A stretch of 64,000 nucleotides of DNA, taken from the NCBI GenBank assembly GCA_029260815.1, contig JAJDCN010000130.1, positions 929-64,928 on the forward strand. Direction: 5' to 3'. Below the pieces are notes generated by a model. It worked only from the letters and a program-made list of their open reading frames with translations, did not search any database and was not told the origin of the DNA. This document shows positions 9,902 through 19,490 of the stretch, in pieces. Both the position numbers and the translations under genes were made by a program. Position 1 is the stretch's first letter; every line of letters begins with the position of its first letter. The DNA comes from Planctomycetota bacterium. GTDB lineage: Bacteria > Planctomycetota > B129-G9 > JAJDCN01.

Positions 9902-10177
9902 CTACTCCTCTCCGAAGTTGCTTTCCACCAGCTCCACCAGGCTGTCCAGTGCGGCCTTGGCGTCGGTCCCTTCGGCCTTGATGGTCAGTGCGGTGCCGTG
10001 TTCAGCGGCCAGCATCATGACGCCCATGATGCTCTTGCCGTCGACTTCCTGATCGCCGTGGGCCACGCTGACGCGTGCTTCGAACTTGCTGGCCACGTCG
10101 ACAAATTGCATCGCCGGGCGCGCATGGAGCCCGTATTTATTCGTCAATTCGATTGTTATGACGCACGTGTCGCTCAT
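9902..10177 (-). CDS. ptsH: Phosphocarrier protein HPr
   Basis: True start is at MSDTCVITIEL, inside the longer six-frame ORF. 'GLHARPA' is the HPr His15 active-site motif, and a 'GKSIMGVMML' Ser46 region is present. The start overlaps the yvcK stop by 4 bp. Confidence 0.85.
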   Translation of the reverse strand: MSDTCVITIELTNKYGLHARPAMQFVDVASKFEARVSVAHGDQEVDGKSIMGVMMLAAEHGTALTIKAEGTDAKAALDSLVELVESNFGEE

Positions 10178-11187
10178 TCGCACCGACTCCGCTGGGTCAA
10201 GATCGTCCGGATCGCATCGGCCAACCGGTCCGAGTCGTGACGCACGTAGTCCTGGGAACAGCCGATGTCCCGGGATACCAACTGCACACCGCATCGATCG
10301 ATTTCTTCTTCGTCGATTGTCACTGGGACGGCTCCTTCTCTTGCGTAACGTTCGCCCAGGGCTTCGGGAATCTCGCCGGTGTTGACCAGCACGCAATCGA
10401 TGAGTCCCTGGCCCACGTGTCGCTCAATCGCTCGAATGTGATCCGCAACGCTGTAGTCCAGGGTTTCCCCGGGTTGCGTCATGACGTTGCAAACGTAAAC
10501 CTTGTACGCCCGGCTGGCGCGAATCCGAGCGGCTGTGTCCGGTCCCAATAGGGTCGGGATCACGCTGGTAAACAGAGAGCCGGGTCCCAGGAGGATGACC
10601 TCCGCCTGGTCGATCGCCTCTCGAAGTTCCGCGGAGATCGGCTCCTGCTCGGGCCGGAGTGAGATTTTGACGATTTCCGATTTGCTGCGCGAGATCTCTT
10701 TTTCGCCCGTACTCTTGGAGCCGTCGGCGTGGTGGGCGATCAACGCGACCTTTGTCGGCGCCGCCGGCAGGACCTTGCCCCGAACGCGGAGGATCCGGTT
10801 GGCCTCCTGCAGCGCGGTTTGAAAGTCTCCGGTGACCTTGGTCAGGGCCGTGAGAAACAGATTCCCGAAGCTGTGGCCCTTCAGGTCCGTCTCCTCAAAG
10901 CGATACTGAAACAACTGCTCGATCAACTCGCCTGCGTCGCACAGAGCCACCAGGCAGTTACGGATATCGCCCGGCGGCGGGATATCGTAATCCTTGCGCA
11001 GGCGGCCTGAGCTGCCGCCGTCGTCGGAGACAGCGACGATCGCGGTAATGTTGTCCGAATGTTTTTTGAGACCGCGTAGTAGGGTGGACATCCCCGTGCC
11101 ACCACCAAACGCAACAAAACGAGCCCCGACCGTTTGAGCCGCTTCCACCGAGCCGGCTGCAGTTTCGGTACTAGTTTGTTTCTTCAT
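10174..11187 (-). CDS. yvcK: Gluconeogenesis factor YvcK (UPF0052/CofD-like)
   Basis: 337 aa. 'VAFGGGTGMSTLLRGLK' and 'AIVAVSDDGGSSGRLR' are hallmark YvcK/CofD family motifs. Confidence 0.85.
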   Translation of the reverse strand: MKKQTSTETAAGSVEAAQTVGARFVAFGGGTGMSTLLRGLKKHSDNITAIVAVSDDGGSSGRLRKDYDIPPPGDIRNCLVALCDAGELIEQLFQYRFEETDLKGHSFGNLFLTALTKVTGDFQTALQEANRILRVRGKVLPAAPTKVALIAHHADGSKSTGEKEISRSKSEIVKISLRPEQEPISAELREAIDQAEVILLGPGSLFTSVIPTLLGPDTAARIRASRAYKVYVCNVMTQPGETLDYSVADHIRAIERHVGQGLIDCVLVNTGEIPEALGERYAREGAVPVTIDEEEIDRCGVQLVSRDIGCSQDYVRHDSDRLADAIRTILTQRSRCE

Positions 11188-11641
11188 CGGCCTCGGTCAA
11201 AATATCGAGAATGTCATCGGTCGTCTTTGCTTGCCGCAGGAATTTGCAATACTTCTCGTCCCGGGCCGCCTTGACGATCGAACGCATGGCGCCCAGGTGT
11301 TCCGCCTGTTGATCCTCCGAGGAGAGCTCCAGAAAAAACAGGTAGACCGGCTCCCCGTCCAGGGCGTTGAAGTTGACCCCTTTGGCGGAGCGCCCGAAGG
11401 CGACCATTACGTTTTCAACCGATTTGTGGCTGGTGTGCGGAATCGCAATTCCGTTGCCGATCCCGGTGCTGCCGATCTTCTCACGCTTGATGATCGATTT
11501 GACAATCGAATCGACGTGCTCGCTGGAAATCTTACCGGCAGCCGCCAGGGCCTCCACCAATTCCTTGATGACGCCTTGCCGGTCGGTGGCTTGGAGATTT
11601 GTAGTGATCGCATCCTCAACGACCAAGTCGATTAGTAACAT
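11171..11641 (-). CDS. ptsN: PTS EIIA-Ntr type regulatory protein (PtsN)
   Basis: 156 aa with an EIIA(Fru/Ntr) fold and an 'IGNGIAIPH' phosphorylatable-His motif. Confidence 0.8.
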   Translation of the reverse strand: MLLIDLVVEDAITTNLQATDRQGVIKELVEALAAAGKISSEHVDSIVKSIIKREKIGSTGIGNGIAIPHTSHKSVENVMVAFGRSAKGVNFNALDGEPVYLFFLELSSEDQQAEHLGAMRSIVKAARDEKYCKFLRQAKTTDDILDILTEADEETN

Positions 11642-11668
11642 AGGCTCCTCAACCAGTGGGTTTGTCTT

Positions 11669-12067
11669 TCATCCGTTTTTTGCACTTTCGTCGGCGTCGA
11701 TATTCTCGAGCCGCTCGGCGGAACCCGTCTCGAGGCCCTTGCGGTGTTCCTTGACTTTGTCCTTCAGCTTGGCCAGCCGCCGTTCCATCTGAGCGACTAC
11801 TCGGTCGATGGAGACGCGCAGATCCCTGTCGGAGAAACTGCCCACCAGTTTTTCCCCGCGCTGGGGCGTTACGATGATTTCGGCGGTCTGTTGCTCCCGA
11901 TGATTACTTAAAACGACTTCGATGGATTTAATTCTTGTCAAAAATCGTTTCAGTTTTTCAGCTTTTTTTATCGCATAGGCTTTGAGGTCGCTGGACAGTT
12001 CCAGGTGCCTCGAAATCACTTTAATTTCCAAGGGTATCTCCTTGTTCGCGCCCGGGGTTGTCATCAA
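11669..12067 (-). CDS. hpf: Ribosome hibernation promoting factor (HPF/RaiA, sigma-54 modulation protein family)
   Basis: 132 aa with the RaiA family pattern ('ITGRHLELS'-like 'ISRHLELSSDLKAYAIKKAEKL'). Confidence 0.8.
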   Translation of the reverse strand: MMTTPGANKEIPLEIKVISRHLELSSDLKAYAIKKAEKLKRFLTRIKSIEVVLSNHREQQTAEIIVTPQRGEKLVGSFSDRDLRVSIDRVVAQMERRLAKLKDKVKEHRKGLETGSAERLENIDADESAKNG

Positions 12068-12107
12068 CCCCTTGGGTCAGAAATGGTAGCAAGTCATACA
12101 GTTAGGG

Positions 12108-13406
12108 TCAATCCTTTTCTTCTTCTTCGGCCGACTCCCCGTCTTCCTCCATGCCGAACATATGCCGGACCGCATCGATGTAGCGGCCGTCGCCGCCGTT
12201 CTTTGCGTCGGACCGCAGGATTTCCAGGGGCTTGTGCAGGATCTTGTGGACCAGCCGGTCGGCCATATAGGCGATTTCCTGTTTTTGTTCCTCGCTCAGG
12301 TCGCCCAGGCGGCGAATCGCCCGCTCGCTCTCGGACCGGCCGATCTGTTCCACCCGCTCATGCAGGCGAGTGATCAGAGGCTCCACGTTGTACAGCCGCA
12401 TCTGACCGGTAAACTCCTCCACCTCCTTGTCGATCAGGGTGGTGCATTTTTCGATCTCCTTCTCCCGGGCGTCCAAGTTGCGCATGACGACGGTCTGCAG
12501 GTCGTCCAGGCCGTAGACGTACACGTTGTCCAGCCTGTTGACGTCCGGATTGATATCTCGGGGCAGGGCGATGTCGATGAAGAGGATCGGGCGGCCCTTG
12601 CGCGTGCGCATCGCTCGCCGAACCTGCGCGGGCTCGATTACGAAGTGGGGCGCGCCGCTGGAGGCGATGACGATATCGACGCGTGACAGCTCTTCTTCGA
12701 TCGCGTCAAAGCGTACCGCGCGTCCACCGATCCGCTCGGCCAGGCCCACCGCCTTTTCGTGGGTTCGATTGGCCACGACGGTGGCGCCGATGCCGTGCTC
12801 CCGCAGGTGTTCCAGTGTCAGTTCGCTCATCTCGCCGGCGCCGATGACCATGGCGGTCTTGCCGGAGAAGTCCTCGAAGATCCGTTCGGCAAAATCCACC
12901 GCCACGCTGCTGACGGAGACCTTCCGCTCGGAAATGGAGCTGGCGGTGTGGACCTTTTTGCCCACTCGGAAGGCGGTTTGAAACAGGCGGTTGAAGAACT
13001 TTCCGGTACACGCGTGTTCAAATGCCTCCATATAAGCTTGTTTCACCTGGCTTAGAATCTGCGTCTCGCCCAGGACCATCGAATCGAGGCTGCTGATGAC
13101 CCGAAACAGATGGCGCACCGCGTCGATTCCCGTGTATTCGTACAAATGGCTCTCGAACGCATCCCGTGGTGGCCCGCGGAATTCCGACAGAAATTGAGCG
13201 GCCTGTGTATTGCCAAACAAACCCTCTTCGCTCGTGACGTACAATTCGGTTCGATTGCAGGTAGATACAATCACCGCCTCGGAGACGCCCGTGCACCGGT
13301 TTAATTCGGCCAGGGCTTGGGGGAGCTGGCTGCCGGAAAAGGCGAGCTTTTCGCGCACTTCGATCGGGGCGGATTTATGATTCAAACCGATAACGACGAC
13401 TTCCAT
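12108..13406 (-). CDS. hemA: Glutamyl-tRNA reductase
   Basis: 432 aa with an N-terminal 'VVIGLNHKSAPIEVREK...STCNRTELY' (catalytic Cys) and an NADP-binding 'AMVIGAGEM' motif. Confidence 0.9.
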   Translation of the reverse strand: MEVVVIGLNHKSAPIEVREKLAFSGSQLPQALAELNRCTGVSEAVIVSTCNRTELYVTSEEGLFGNTQAAQFLSEFRGPPRDAFESHLYEYTGIDAVRHLFRVISSLDSMVLGETQILSQVKQAYMEAFEHACTGKFFNRLFQTAFRVGKKVHTASSISERKVSVSSVAVDFAERIFEDFSGKTAMVIGAGEMSELTLEHLREHGIGATVVANRTHEKAVGLAERIGGRAVRFDAIEEELSRVDIVIASSGAPHFVIEPAQVRRAMRTRKGRPILFIDIALPRDINPDVNRLDNVYVYGLDDLQTVVMRNLDAREKEIEKCTTLIDKEVEEFTGQMRLYNVEPLITRLHERVEQIGRSESERAIRRLGDLSEEQKQEIAYMADRLVHKILHKPLEILRSDAKNGGDGRYIDAVRHMFGMEEDGESAEEEEKD

Positions 13407-13421
13407 TCGACGTTTATATCC

Positions 13422-14273
13422 TTACCCCAGGGCCTTGTGGATGCGCGGCCCTGCATCCAGCAGGAACCGAATAAACGGATAGGCCAGCGTTCCCAGCACC
13501 GCACCGGTGACAGTTAGCAACGCAATCCGGCGCTGTCCGAACAACATCTTAGCTCGCGTGATCAAGAGGCTTCCATAGATGACCCAGACGATCAGTCCCC
13601 AGATGACCAGGGAGCCCGGGCCCGGCTCCAACCCCTCCTCGCCTGCCAGGACCACCGGGATCAACAACCCCAGGGTCAACAACAGGTGACCGTAGCCGAT
13701 GGATCCAAAGCTCAGCCGGTCCAGCTTCTCCAGGGCGGGCAGACGTCGTGCCCAGCCGGTGGCGCCGGTGCTGGACTTGAGCCGCCGCTCCTGCAGGATG
13801 TACATCAAGGACGTGGCAAAGGATAGGATGAAACATCCCATGCTCATGATCAGCGCGCCCACATGGAAACCAACCCACAGGCGGTGTACCAGTTCCATCT
13901 GTTCGGTTTGTTTGTCTGCTCCGTGGGTGGAGAAGTTGATTACCGACAAGGTGAACAGGATCGCGATGACCGGCACGGCAAACGGGATGATTAGACGGAC
14001 CTTGAACAGGATGCTCATGACCAGGCAACAGGCCACCAGAGCCCAGACCACCGACACGAGGAACTCGAAACCTGAAAAGATCGGCGGCTGCCCCGTCCGC
14101 AAACCGCGCGCGATCAGCGCCAGGGTCTCCAGGACAAAGCCGATCGATAAAAATGTCTGTCCCCAGCGCAACCGAAAACGTCGGTCCCAGATAAAATAGG
14201 CGACGCTCCAAAACGCGGTCAACAAGTAAAAGACTGCCGAGCCGTGGAAGGCCCAGACTTCAAATACTTTCAC
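13422..14273 (-). CDS. Cytochrome c assembly protein family membrane protein (CcsA-like / HemX-type)
   Basis: 283 aa polytopic membrane protein whose topology and Trp-rich segments resemble the CcsA family. It sits immediately upstream of hemA, as HemX does in hemAXCDBL-type clusters. Confidence 0.7.
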   Translation of the reverse strand: MKVFEVWAFHGSAVFYLLTAFWSVAYFIWDRRFRLRWGQTFLSIGFVLETLALIARGLRTGQPPIFSGFEFLVSVVWALVACCLVMSILFKVRLIIPFAVPVIAILFTLSVINFSTHGADKQTEQMELVHRLWVGFHVGALIMSMGCFILSFATSLMYILQERRLKSSTGATGWARRLPALEKLDRLSFGSIGYGHLLLTLGLLIPVVLAGEEGLEPGPGSLVIWGLIVWVIYGSLLITRAKMLFGQRRIALLTVTGAVLGTLAYPFIRFLLDAGPRIHKALG

Positions 14274-14910
14274 GGTCGCTCCCGTTTATGCCTTCGGTCA
14301 CGATCTTTTCCATCTGCTCCACCGCCGACCGGATCCCGCCGGTACGGAGGGTCTCCAGGATGTCCGGTTCAGTCAGCCGCTCGAAGATAGCCCGGCGAGT
14401 CGGCTCGTCCGGGACGGACGCCTTGACGTGATCCCGCAGGCGCATCAAGTGCTCCACGTAGTCTCCGTAGTATTCCGGGAACCTTTCTTCCAGTTCCACA
14501 CGGATCTTGCGCGACAGGCTCGGCGCCGCGCCGCAGGTAGAGATGGCCACGACGAAATCGCCGCGCCGGACCGTGGAGGCCACGATGAAGTCGCACAAAT
14601 CCGGCACGTCTACCACGTTGACCGGGATGCCCAGCGCGTGTGCGGCCCCGTAGACCGCCCGGTTGACTGCCTCGTCGTCGGTCGCGGCGATGACCAATGT
14701 CATGTTGCGCACGTCGGACTCTTCAAATCGCCGTGGATGGATCGTCACGCCAGGCAGGTCGTTCATCTGAGTGCAGAGAGTCTCGGCCACCACGACGATC
14801 TTTGCATCGCACGCGAGCAGGTCCTGCGCCTTTCGCGCAGCGATCGTACCGCCGCCCACGACCAGGCAGGGCCGATCGGTCAGATTCATCAGTATCGGGA
14901 AGTGTCCCAT
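14260..14910 (-). CDS. Precorrin-2 dehydrogenase / sirohydrochlorin ferrochelatase (SirC/Met8-like, siroheme synthase N-terminal domain)
   Basis: Real start is probably MGHFPILMNL, preceded by an RBS. 'LVVGGGTIAARKA' is a Rossmann motif and the CysG N-terminal-like domain follows. The longer upstream extension in the six-frame ORF looks spurious. Confidence 0.7.
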   Translation of the reverse strand: MGHFPILMNLTDRPCLVVGGGTIAARKAQDLLACDAKIVVVAETLCTQMNDLPGVTIHPRRFEESDVRNMTLVIAATDDEAVNRAVYGAAHALGIPVNVVDVPDLCDFIVASTVRRGDFVVAISTCGAAPSLSRKIRVELEERFPEYYGDYVEHLMRLRDHVKASVPDEPTRRAIFERLTEPDILETLRTGGIRSAVEQMEKIVTEGINGSDRESI

Positions 14911-15109
14911 CCGCCCTCCACATAGACGCCAAATCCCCGTCGCTAATACACTTATATTATACGCCCAATCTCTGTTTACATCAAACCCTTTCCGCGGAAG
15001 ACAATGGCCAGCGGCCGGGGCCGAGGATCGTGGCGATTCGTGATTGGGGGTTGCTCTGGCGGACAGGGCGACTATACTCATGGGACTTGGAACGGATACA
15101 CAGGAGGCG

Positions 15110-16084
15110 ATGATGGGAAAGACGGTAGTGACAGTTTTCATGACGGTCCTGGTGGCGGGATGCGCGTCCATGGCGCTGGTCATGCAGCCGGTTCTGGAAG
15201 CGACGTCCGCGGACATGCTGCGGGCGGTCAAGCACGGCGACATGGTCATGGTCCATAAGTTGTACGCGGCCAAGCCCGCGCTGGTCGTGGCCACGGACGA
15301 CAACCTACATACGCCGCTCCACTACGCGGGGAAGTATGGAAACATCCAGGCGGCCCGTTTCCTGCTGGACCGTGGCGGCGATCCCAACGCGCCGGACATC
15401 GCAAAAGATGCTCCTTTGCACGAAGCCGCTTATTATGGCCATCCGGCGATCGCACAATTGCTGCTCGAGCAAGGCGCCGACATCCATCAGATCGGCAACA
15501 ATGGCAAATCGGTCCTTCATCTGGCGGTCCTGGGCGGCCGATACAAGTGCGCCAAGGTGGCGCTCAAGGCGGGTGCGAAACTTGACGTGGTGGATAACGC
15601 CAAGGAGTCGCCTTTGCATTACGCGGCCAAGGGCGGCCACGCCAAAATCGCCCGCTTGTTGACGGCGCAGGGCGCCGAAGTCATGCAGCTCGATGGCATG
15701 GGCCACACGGCGCTGCACCTGGCGGCGCTCAACGGTCACACGAAGGTGGTCGAAGTCGTGCTCGACGCCGGCACACCGGTAGACGTGGGTGTCAAGGACA
15801 TCGGCGACACGGCCCTGATGGAAGCGGCCTACAAGGGCTTCCCGGAGATCGTCAAGCTCGTGCTTGCTCGCGGCGCCGACCCGGCCCATATTGGCAACAA
15901 TGGCAAGACCGCACTGCACCTGTCCGCGGCGGTAGGGCATCTGGAAATTACGCGGATGTTGGTGGCCGCCGGAGCGCCGGTGGAGGCCCGCAGCCGTTTG
16001 GATACCACGCCCTTGGGCAACGCTGTTGCCGGCGGGCATGTCGAGATTGCCGAGTTTCTGCGCGATCATGGCGCAAAACAATAG
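15110..16084 (+). CDS. Ankyrin-repeat lipoprotein
   Basis: Starts at MMGKTVV with an upstream 'caggagg' RBS and a lipobox-like 'LVAGCAS'. At least 7 ankyrin repeats follow ('TPLHYAAKGGHAKIARLLTAQGA', 'TALHLAALNGHTKVVEVVLDAG' and others). Confidence 0.8.
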   Translation: MMGKTVVTVFMTVLVAGCASMALVMQPVLEATSADMLRAVKHGDMVMVHKLYAAKPALVVATDDNLHTPLHYAGKYGNIQAARFLLDRGGDPNAPDIAKDAPLHEAAYYGHPAIAQLLLEQGADIHQIGNNGKSVLHLAVLGGRYKCAKVALKAGAKLDVVDNAKESPLHYAAKGGHAKIARLLTAQGAEVMQLDGMGHTALHLAALNGHTKVVEVVLDAGTPVDVGVKDIGDTALMEAAYKGFPEIVKLVLARGADPAHIGNNGKTALHLSAAVGHLEITRMLVAAGAPVEARSRLDTTPLGNAVAGGHVEIAEFLRDHGAKQ

Positions 16085-16580
16085 CCGGCCGGTGGCGTCC
16101 GAGTCTTCTTCCAATTCGATCGTCAATCATCCGTTTCGACTCACACGGCTCTTTGCGGTGGTCGGTTTTGGGATGGGGCTGGCGATCCCGGTCCTGGCCA
16201 AAGCCTCGCAACCGGAGATCCTGGGCTCTATCCTGTCTCCGCTGCTGACCTGGCGGTGTTATCTTTATGCCGCGGTATTTCTGGTCCCCTTTGTCATCGG
16301 CGGAAGCCTTCTATCGTTTTTTCACGGGGCCCGTGGGACCCGCATCTGGATCCGCTGGCCGGTGACGGCTGTATTTGTTGCGGCCCTGCTGGCGCAAGCC
16401 TACGGGCATTTTGACATCTGGTCCCACGTGTTGAACGATCGGGTACAATGGCGCGAAACCACCGACCTCATTGCGTTCATGACTCTGCCATTCTTTGTGA
16501 CCGTTTTGTTACTGATGTTCGGCGTCGCGGGAATGTTGGTTCAGACCGTCATGGCCCAGAACCGCGGTAAGAAGAATTGA
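16068..16580 (+). CDS. Hypothetical integral membrane protein
   Basis: Four predicted TM helices. The start is ambiguous (TTG at 16026 or ATG at 16068). No recognisable family. Confidence 0.45.
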   Translation: MAQNNSRPVASESSSNSIVNHPFRLTRLFAVVGFGMGLAIPVLAKASQPEILGSILSPLLTWRCYLYAAVFLVPFVIGGSLLSFFHGARGTRIWIRWPVTAVFVAALLAQAYGHFDIWSHVLNDRVQWRETTDLIAFMTLPFFVTVLLLMFGVAGMLVQTVMAQNRGKKN

Positions 16581-16641
16581 CAGCCTGGTCCCGCCTATGG
16601 TAGTTTGCCCATCTTCATTTAAGAACGGCGAAGGATGACCC

Positions 16642-17307
16642 ATGGAACCCAGCGTGGAAGATAAAGAGATCGAACAAACCGAGACCGACGAGGCGAACCT
16701 GCCGGACGTCGAAGAGGTAGCAGCCGAAGAACCGGTGCGTGAAGCGGAGCCCGATGCCTATGACGAGCCGACGCCGGAGGCCGAGGCGGTGCCTGAACAG
16801 ATCGAGGGGATCCTCGAAGCCTTGATCTTTACCTCCGCCCGGCCGGTTACGACGGTAAAGTTAAGCATGGCCGCCGGCGTGCGCACCGATACGGTTGAGT
16901 CGGTCATCGTCCGGTTACGGGAGCGGTACGTGGCCGACGGCCGGGGCTTTACGCTGGAGAACTTGGGCGGCGGATGGCAGATGCTGTCCAACCCGCACTA
17001 TGTGGACTGGGTGGAGCGGTTGCACTTGAAGGAGGCCGACGGAAAGCTGTCGCCCGCGGCCCTGGAGACCCTGGCGGTCGTGGCCTACCGGCAGCCGGTG
17101 ATGCGGGCCGACATCGAGGCGATCCGCGGCGTGCAGGTGGGTGCGATTCTCAAAAGTCTCATGGAAAAAGATCTGGTACGGATCGCCGGCCGGGCCGATG
17201 CCCTGGGCCGGCCGATGCTGTACGGAACCACCAAGCGCTTTCTGGACCACTTCGGCCTGGGCGGTCTTTCCGATTTGCCCAACGTGCGCGAATTGCAGGA
17301 GCCTTAA
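16642..17307 (+). CDS. scpB: Segregation and condensation protein B
   Basis: 221 aa with an acidic N-terminal tail followed by 'EGILEALIFTSARPV' and two winged-helix ScpB repeats. Confidence 0.85.
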   Translation: MEPSVEDKEIEQTETDEANLPDVEEVAAEEPVREAEPDAYDEPTPEAEAVPEQIEGILEALIFTSARPVTTVKLSMAAGVRTDTVESVIVRLRERYVADGRGFTLENLGGGWQMLSNPHYVDWVERLHLKEADGKLSPAALETLAVVAYRQPVMRADIEAIRGVQVGAILKSLMEKDLVRIAGRADALGRPMLYGTTKRFLDHFGLGGLSDLPNVRELQEP

Positions 17308-17326
17308 TCCGGGGAGTTGTGATCGC

Positions 17327-18850
17327 TTAGGCCTGTCGGCCGAAGGTCAGCAGGAACTCGGCGTTGGACTTGGTCTTCTTCAATTTCTCGGTGAGCAGTT
17401 CCATCGCCTCGGTGATGTTCATCTCATTGAGCACTTTGCGCAGAATCCAGATACGCTTGATCTCTTCGGGATCCAGCAGCAAATCTTCCTTTCGCGTACC
17501 GGACCGGTTAATGTCGATCGCCGGATAGATACGCTTCTCCACCATCCGTCGGTCCAGGTGCAGGTCCATGTTGCCGGTGGCCTTAAACTCCTCGAAGATC
17601 ACCTCGTCCATTTTCGAACCGGTATCGACCAGGGCCGTGCCCAGGATCGTCAAGGAGCCGCCCTCCTCGATGTTGCGCGCCGCCCCGAAGAACCGCTTGG
17701 GCCCTTGCAGCGCGGTGGCGTCCACGCCGCCGGACAGGATCTTGCCGGAGTGGGGGATCTCGGTGTTGTAGGCCCGGCCTAGCCGTGTGATGGAGTCGAG
17801 CAGGATCACCACGTCTTCGCCGTATTCCACCAGGCACTTCGCTTTTTCCAGAACCCGTTCGGAGACCTGGATGTGGCGGCTGGGTGGCTCGTCGAAGGTG
17901 GACGCGATGACCTCGCCCTTGACGGTGCGACGCATGTCGGTGACCTCTTCGGGCCGCTCGGCGATGAGCAGGACGATCAGGTTGATGTCCGGGCTGTTCG
18001 CCGCGATGGAGTTGGCAATCTGTTGCAACAGGATCGTCTTGCCGGTTCGTGGCGGCGCCACGATCAGGCCGCGCTGGCCCTTGCCGATGGGGCAGACCAG
18101 GTCGAGGATCCGCATGGACACGTTGTCCGGCGTGGTTTCCATGATCAGCCGTTCATCTGGAAACAGGGGCGTGAGGTCAGCGAAGACGATCTTGTCCTGT
18201 AATTTGTCCGGTTTGTCGTGGTTAATTTCATCGACGCGCAGCAGCGCGAAGTAGCGTTCGTTATCCTTGGGTGGACGGATCTGACCGCAGACGTAGGAGC
18301 CCGTACGGATGCCGAAGCGGCGAATTTGCGAGGGGGAGACGTAGATGTCATCCGGGCAGGGCAGGTAGTTGTACTCCGGCGAGCGGAGGAACCCGAACCC
18401 GTCCGGCAGGATCTCCAGGACCCCTTCGCCGAACATCAAGCCGTTGTTGCTGATTCGCTCCTTGACGATCTTGAAGATGATCTCCTGCTTTTTTAAGCCC
18501 AGGTATTCCTTGACGCCTTCCTTCTCGGCGACCGTCATCAAATCGGAGGCGCTCATGCGCTGGAGCTGGGCAATGTGGATGATTTGGCCGGCTTTTTCCG
18601 CATCTTTTTCCGCCGCCCGGATGTCGATCGTTTCGGTTGTGGCGTTCCCGCTGGCATTATTGTAATGGCCGCGGGAGCCGCCGTTGGCTGTGGAACTGTT
18701 GGAGGGTTTGGAGCCCCCGTTGCGACGACGCCCTTCGGTGGTCGGCGTTTTCGCGGCGCCCCCTTCGCTGGGCGTCGTGGCCTTTTCTTTTTCTGATTTG
18801 TTGTTGATTTTTGGACTTGGCATTCCGTTTACCTCCCGAGGCCCCTCCAA
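17327..18850 (-). CDS. rho: Transcription termination factor Rho (with a low-complexity N-terminal extension)
   Basis: 507 aa with a Walker A 'APPRTGKT', Q-loop and R-loop regions, and the N-terminal OB/CSD. Carries an extra ~90 aa N/S/G/T-rich leader. Confidence 0.9.
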   Translation of the reverse strand: MEGPREVNGMPSPKINNKSEKEKATTPSEGGAAKTPTTEGRRRNGGSKPSNSSTANGGSRGHYNNASGNATTETIDIRAAEKDAEKAGQIIHIAQLQRMSASDLMTVAEKEGVKEYLGLKKQEIIFKIVKERISNNGLMFGEGVLEILPDGFGFLRSPEYNYLPCPDDIYVSPSQIRRFGIRTGSYVCGQIRPPKDNERYFALLRVDEINHDKPDKLQDKIVFADLTPLFPDERLIMETTPDNVSMRILDLVCPIGKGQRGLIVAPPRTGKTILLQQIANSIAANSPDINLIVLLIAERPEEVTDMRRTVKGEVIASTFDEPPSRHIQVSERVLEKAKCLVEYGEDVVILLDSITRLGRAYNTEIPHSGKILSGGVDATALQGPKRFFGAARNIEEGGSLTILGTALVDTGSKMDEVIFEEFKATGNMDLHLDRRMVEKRIYPAIDINRSGTRKEDLLLDPEEIKRIWILRKVLNEMNITEAMELLTEKLKKTKSNAEFLLTFGRQA

Positions 18851-19461
18851 AATTCGGTGACCTGCTGGTGTGTATGGTCTAAAGTTCCCGTGTTATTTAT
18901 AATGACAGTTGCGGCCGCCCGCTTCTGACTTTCACGCTTCTGGTGTTGTTCGCGTCGGCGCAGCTCATGGACGCTCCAGTTTCTGTCCGCCACGACCCGA
19001 TGTTTGCGTTGCTCTTCGTCCGCTTCCACAAACAGGATCGCGTCGCAGAGCCGGTCCCATCCGGATTCCAACAGCAGGGCCACCTCCAACACCACTTTCA
19101 GGCCCTTGCGGTGGCCGGACAAGTCGGCGATGCGATCCAGGATCACCTGCTTGGCCCGCGGGTGCAGGATGGCGTTAAGCTGCCCCAGTCGCCCTGCATC
19201 GTCGAAGACCTGATCGGCCAGCGTGGGTCGGTCGACCCGGCCCTGAGCGTCGATCACCGATTCGCCGAAACGCCGCCGGATTGCATCAATGACCTGCGGC
19301 GACTCCAACAGTTGATGACAGATCGCGTCCGCGTCGATCCGGACTGCGCCGAGTTTTTCCAATTGTTTGGCGACTGTCGACTTTCCCGCACCGATCGCAC
19401 CGATCACGCCGATGAGATAGAGGCGTCGTTCGACGGAATTGAGATCGCCTTTTCGTTGCAT
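18829..19461 (-). CDS. coaE: Dephospho-CoA kinase
   Basis: Has a P-loop '[12 protein letters not shown]' and the CoaE fold. The likely start is MQRKGD. Confidence 0.85.
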   Translation of the reverse strand: MQRKGDLNSVERRLYLIGVIGAIGAGKSTVAKQLEKLGAVRIDADAICHQLLESPQVIDAIRRRFGESVIDAQGRVDRPTLADQVFDDAGRLGQLNAILHPRAKQVILDRIADLSGHRKGLKVVLEVALLLESGWDRLCDAILFVEADEEQRKHRVVADRNWSVHELRRREQHQKRESQKRAAATVIINNTGTLDHTHQQVTEFWRGLGR

Positions 19462-19490
19462 ACCTGGTACCGGGCGCCCGGGTTGGCCTG

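Noticed and set aside
9056-10240. 394-aa ORF on the plus strand
   Set aside because: Antisense to ptsI and HPr. Spurious.
14260-15303. Full 347-aa extent of the sirC-like ORF
   Set aside because: The N-terminal ~130 residues are Ser/Thr/Ala-rich with no Rossmann context. A good internal start (MGHFPIL) sits directly before the GGGTIAARKA motif, so the gene was trimmed to 14260..14910.
15305-16126. 273-aa ORF on the minus strand
   Set aside because: Antisense to the ankyrin-repeat gene, whose repeats are unmistakable.
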